A stretch of DNA of 63,708 nt, the filler included, from Octopus bimaculoides (lineage: Eukaryota), in the NCBI RefSeq assembly GCF_001194135.2. It is 6 parts of 6 records of this genome, joined end to end, with 100 filler letters (N's around TTAATTAATTAA, not from the genome) between each part and the next. Parts side by side here need not be neighbours in the genome. Positions count along the whole stretch, not along the records: positions 58,985 to 61,680 come from NC_069007.1; positions 61,781 to 63,708 come from NW_026298228.1; 4 more parts are not named here. One strand, written 5' to 3'. Shown in pieces: positions 61,140 through 63,708 of the stretch. Below the pieces are notes generated by a model that had not been told where the DNA came from, ran no database searches, and was given only the letters and a program-made list of their open reading frames with translations. The number at the start of each line of letters is the position of its first letter. Within the stretch, counting starts at the first letter, position 1. Position numbers and translations under genes: made by a program.

Positions 61140-61189
61140 CCTACTGAAGATGTAAACCGGTGTAGAATCGAAACTGTCGACAGAATAGG
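61140..61189 (+). ncRNA. Degenerate minimal type I hammerhead-ribozyme-like motif
   Basis: CCTA-CTGAAGA-(19 nt)-GAAA-CTGTCGACAG(palindrome)-AA-TAGG. Core boxes and stem I are intact; U16.1 appears mutated to A and stem II is poor. Confidence 0.45.
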
Positions 61190-61383
61190 AATATTTCGAC
61201 TTCCGCTTTACGCTGCTTACGGTCGCTGTCACAATGTAAGCATGCAATTATGTGCGTTGACTGCAACATTAGTGAGCTTTAGCTCTTATTTCTAGCATTG
61301 TAGGTGTTCTAACACTTTCATTCATATTTAATGACACTTACAGTTTTCCATTCTGGTAACATTGCTAAACCACTGCGTACTTC

Positions 61384-61419
<36 letters not shown>

Positions 61420-61793
61420 CTGGGAAATATACGATATGGCAGCGATTATGAGGGACAAAAACCGCAGTCAACGTATATAATTGTATATACTTACATACTG
61501 AGAGCGACCGAAAACGACCGAAAGCGGCAGTCGAGTTATTCCTATACTGTCGACATTGTGGACGAGATCGCCGGCAGTACACGCACACAACACACACACA
61601 CAAACACAGACAGCGACGATGAGGGACAAAGACTGCTGGAGAGAACTCGTCCATGGATCTCCTGAATTTTACAGTTTTAANNNNNNNNNNNNNNNNNNNN
61701 NNNNNNNNNNNNNNNNNNNNNNNNTTAATTAATTAANNNNNNNNNNNNNNNNNNNNNNNNNNNNNNNNNNNNNNNNNNNNTATATATATATAT

Positions 61794-62278
61794 AGACGTA
61801 GGAGTGGCTTGTGGTAAGTAGCTTGCTTACCAACCACATGATCCCGGTTTCAGTCCCACTGCGCTGCATCTTGGGCAAGTGTCTTCTACTATAGCCTCGG
61901 GCCGACCAAAGCCTTGTGAGTGGATTTGGTAGACGGAAACTGAAAGAAGCCCGTCGTATATATGTATATATATATATGTATGTGTGNNNNNNNNNNTTTG
62001 GTAGACGGAAACTGAAAGAAGCCCGTCGTATATATGTATATATATATATGTATGTGTGTATGTGTTTGTGTGTCTGTGTTTGTCCCCTCCAACATCGCTT
62101 GACAACCGATGCTGGTGTGTTTATGTCTCCGTAACATTAGCGGTTCGGCAAAAGAGACCGATAGAATAAGTATTAGGCTTTTAAAGAATAAGTTCTGGGG
62201 TCGATTTGCTCGACTAAAGGCGGTGCTCCAGCATGGCCACAGTCAAAAGACTGAAACAAGTAAAAGATTAAAAGAGTA
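61794..62278 (+). mobile_element. SINE family A, full length (internal duplication at the 10-N gap is an artefact)
   Basis: High identity to 1122-1575. Confidence 0.92.
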
Positions 62279-62313
62279 TATACACACACACACNNNNNNN
62301 NNNATTAAAAGAG

Positions 62314-62403
<90 letters not shown>

Positions 62404-62759
62404 GATACATATATATCTGTGTGTGTGTATGTATATATATTTCTATATATACATTGCAATTACTATGATAGAATTACACAAGGATTAATTATGGTTCGGC
62501 GCGAGAGCTAAGAGGGGGAGACAACCGTGATATTTTAATTGGAATATATCGCTTATCTCCCTTGCCGTTGTGTACTTTAATTGATCATTAAGATAATTGA
62601 AGAATTTGAGGTTTTTTTCTTCATTATAAGTGCCATTTTAATTAACATTTCAACATTAATTATGTTACCATTGACCTTACAGGGGCCGTACCCCCGCCTT
62701 TACCTTCTTGGGTTTTAATTAAGTGCGTCTCGGAGGACTGTAGAGTGTCTGAGTGTCTG

Positions 62760-63419
62760 AGTGTATGTATGTATGTATGTGTGTAACTATCGGTATGTAT
62801 GTATGGAGGGAGAGATGGATGGATGTATGCATGTATGTATGTACGTATGTGTGTGTGTATGTATGTATGTATGTATGTATGTATGTATGTATGTATGTGT
62901 GTGTGCATGCATCTTGAAAGTATGTTTATGAAATGGTGAAGGAGAGAGTGAGAGGGAGAGAGAGAGAGTGGAGAGAGGGAGGAGAGAGAGAAAGAGGAGA
63001 GAGAGAAAGAGAAAGAGAGAAGGAGACATACAGGTAGAGAGAGAGAAAAAGAGAGAGAGACAGACAGAGGGAGAGAGAGAAAAAGAGAGAGGAGAGAGAG
63101 AATGAGAGAGGGGGAGAACGGAGAGTGAGAGAGAAAGAGTGAGAGAGGGAGAGAGAAAGAGAGAGAAAGAGAGGGATGGAGAAAGAGAGTGAGAGAGAAG
63201 GGGAGAGAGGAGGAGAGAGAGAAAGAGACAGAAAGAGAGGGAGAGAGAAGGGGAGAGAGAAAGAGTAAGAGAGAGAGAAGTAGAGAGAGAAAGTGCAGAG
63301 GAGGGAGGGAGAGAGAGAGGGTGAGAGAAATAGTGAGAGAGAGAGAGAAGGAGAGAGAAATATAGTGAGAGACCGAGGGAGAAGGAGAGAGAGAGAGAGG
63401 GGGGTGGGGACAACGAGTG

Positions 63420-63454
<35 letters not shown>

Positions 63455-63645
63455 TGTCTGTGTCTGTGTATGCATTAGTCTGTGTGTATGTATGTGTGTG
63501 TCTTTACGTCTGTGTATGTGCGCCAGCGTATGCGTCTATTTGTGAGTGCGTGCATGCGTGCGTGTGTGTGCATGTGTGTGTGTGTGTGTGCATGTGTGTG
63601 TGTGTGTGCATGTGTGTGTGTGTGTGCATGTGTGTGTGTGTATAG
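62760..63645. repeat. (TATG)n, GA-rich and (TG)n low-complexity block
   Basis: Direct reading; source of the long Leu/Ser and Cys/Val ORFs. Confidence 0.9.
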
Positions 63646-63708
63646 CTGCAGGATTGAAGACAGGAAGTCTCATGTTACGTATTTTCATCTCAACTTTTGA
63701 CTGAACTT

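Overview
Eukaryotic, AT-rich, repeat-dense non-coding DNA from a gapped draft assembly (about 11-12% N). The tRNA-derived SINE set and the extreme microsatellite load suggest a coleoid cephalopod, most likely an octopus. That assignment is inference from pattern recognition, not a database result. No intact protein-coding gene, rRNA, true tRNA or CRISPR array can be supported, and nearly all ORFs in the track are microsatellite or N-gap artefacts. Supported content: about 40 copies or fragments of tRNA-headed SINEs (here called A, B, C, D, E) built from shared modules; a decayed mariner transposon; a decayed Helitron Rep/helicase; two Penelope-like elements (RT and/or GIY-YIG) bounded by inverted repeats; an RTE LINE 3' fragment; a probable LINE ORF1 remnant; two R4/Dong-like restriction-like-endonuclease LINE 3' ends embedded in (TAA)n; and a palindromic MITE. 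The most interesting signals are a (TAA)n landing pad at about 17-20.4 kb where SINEs and Dong-like LINEs stack up, degenerate minimal hammerhead-ribozyme-like motifs with palindromic stems, several fold-back or inverted SINE structures that are candidate dsRNA/ADAR substrates, and a TATA+Inr core-promoter candidate with a few weak orphan exon candidates. The five 44N-TTAATTAATTAA-44N blocks and the duplications flanking 10-N gaps are assembly artefacts.
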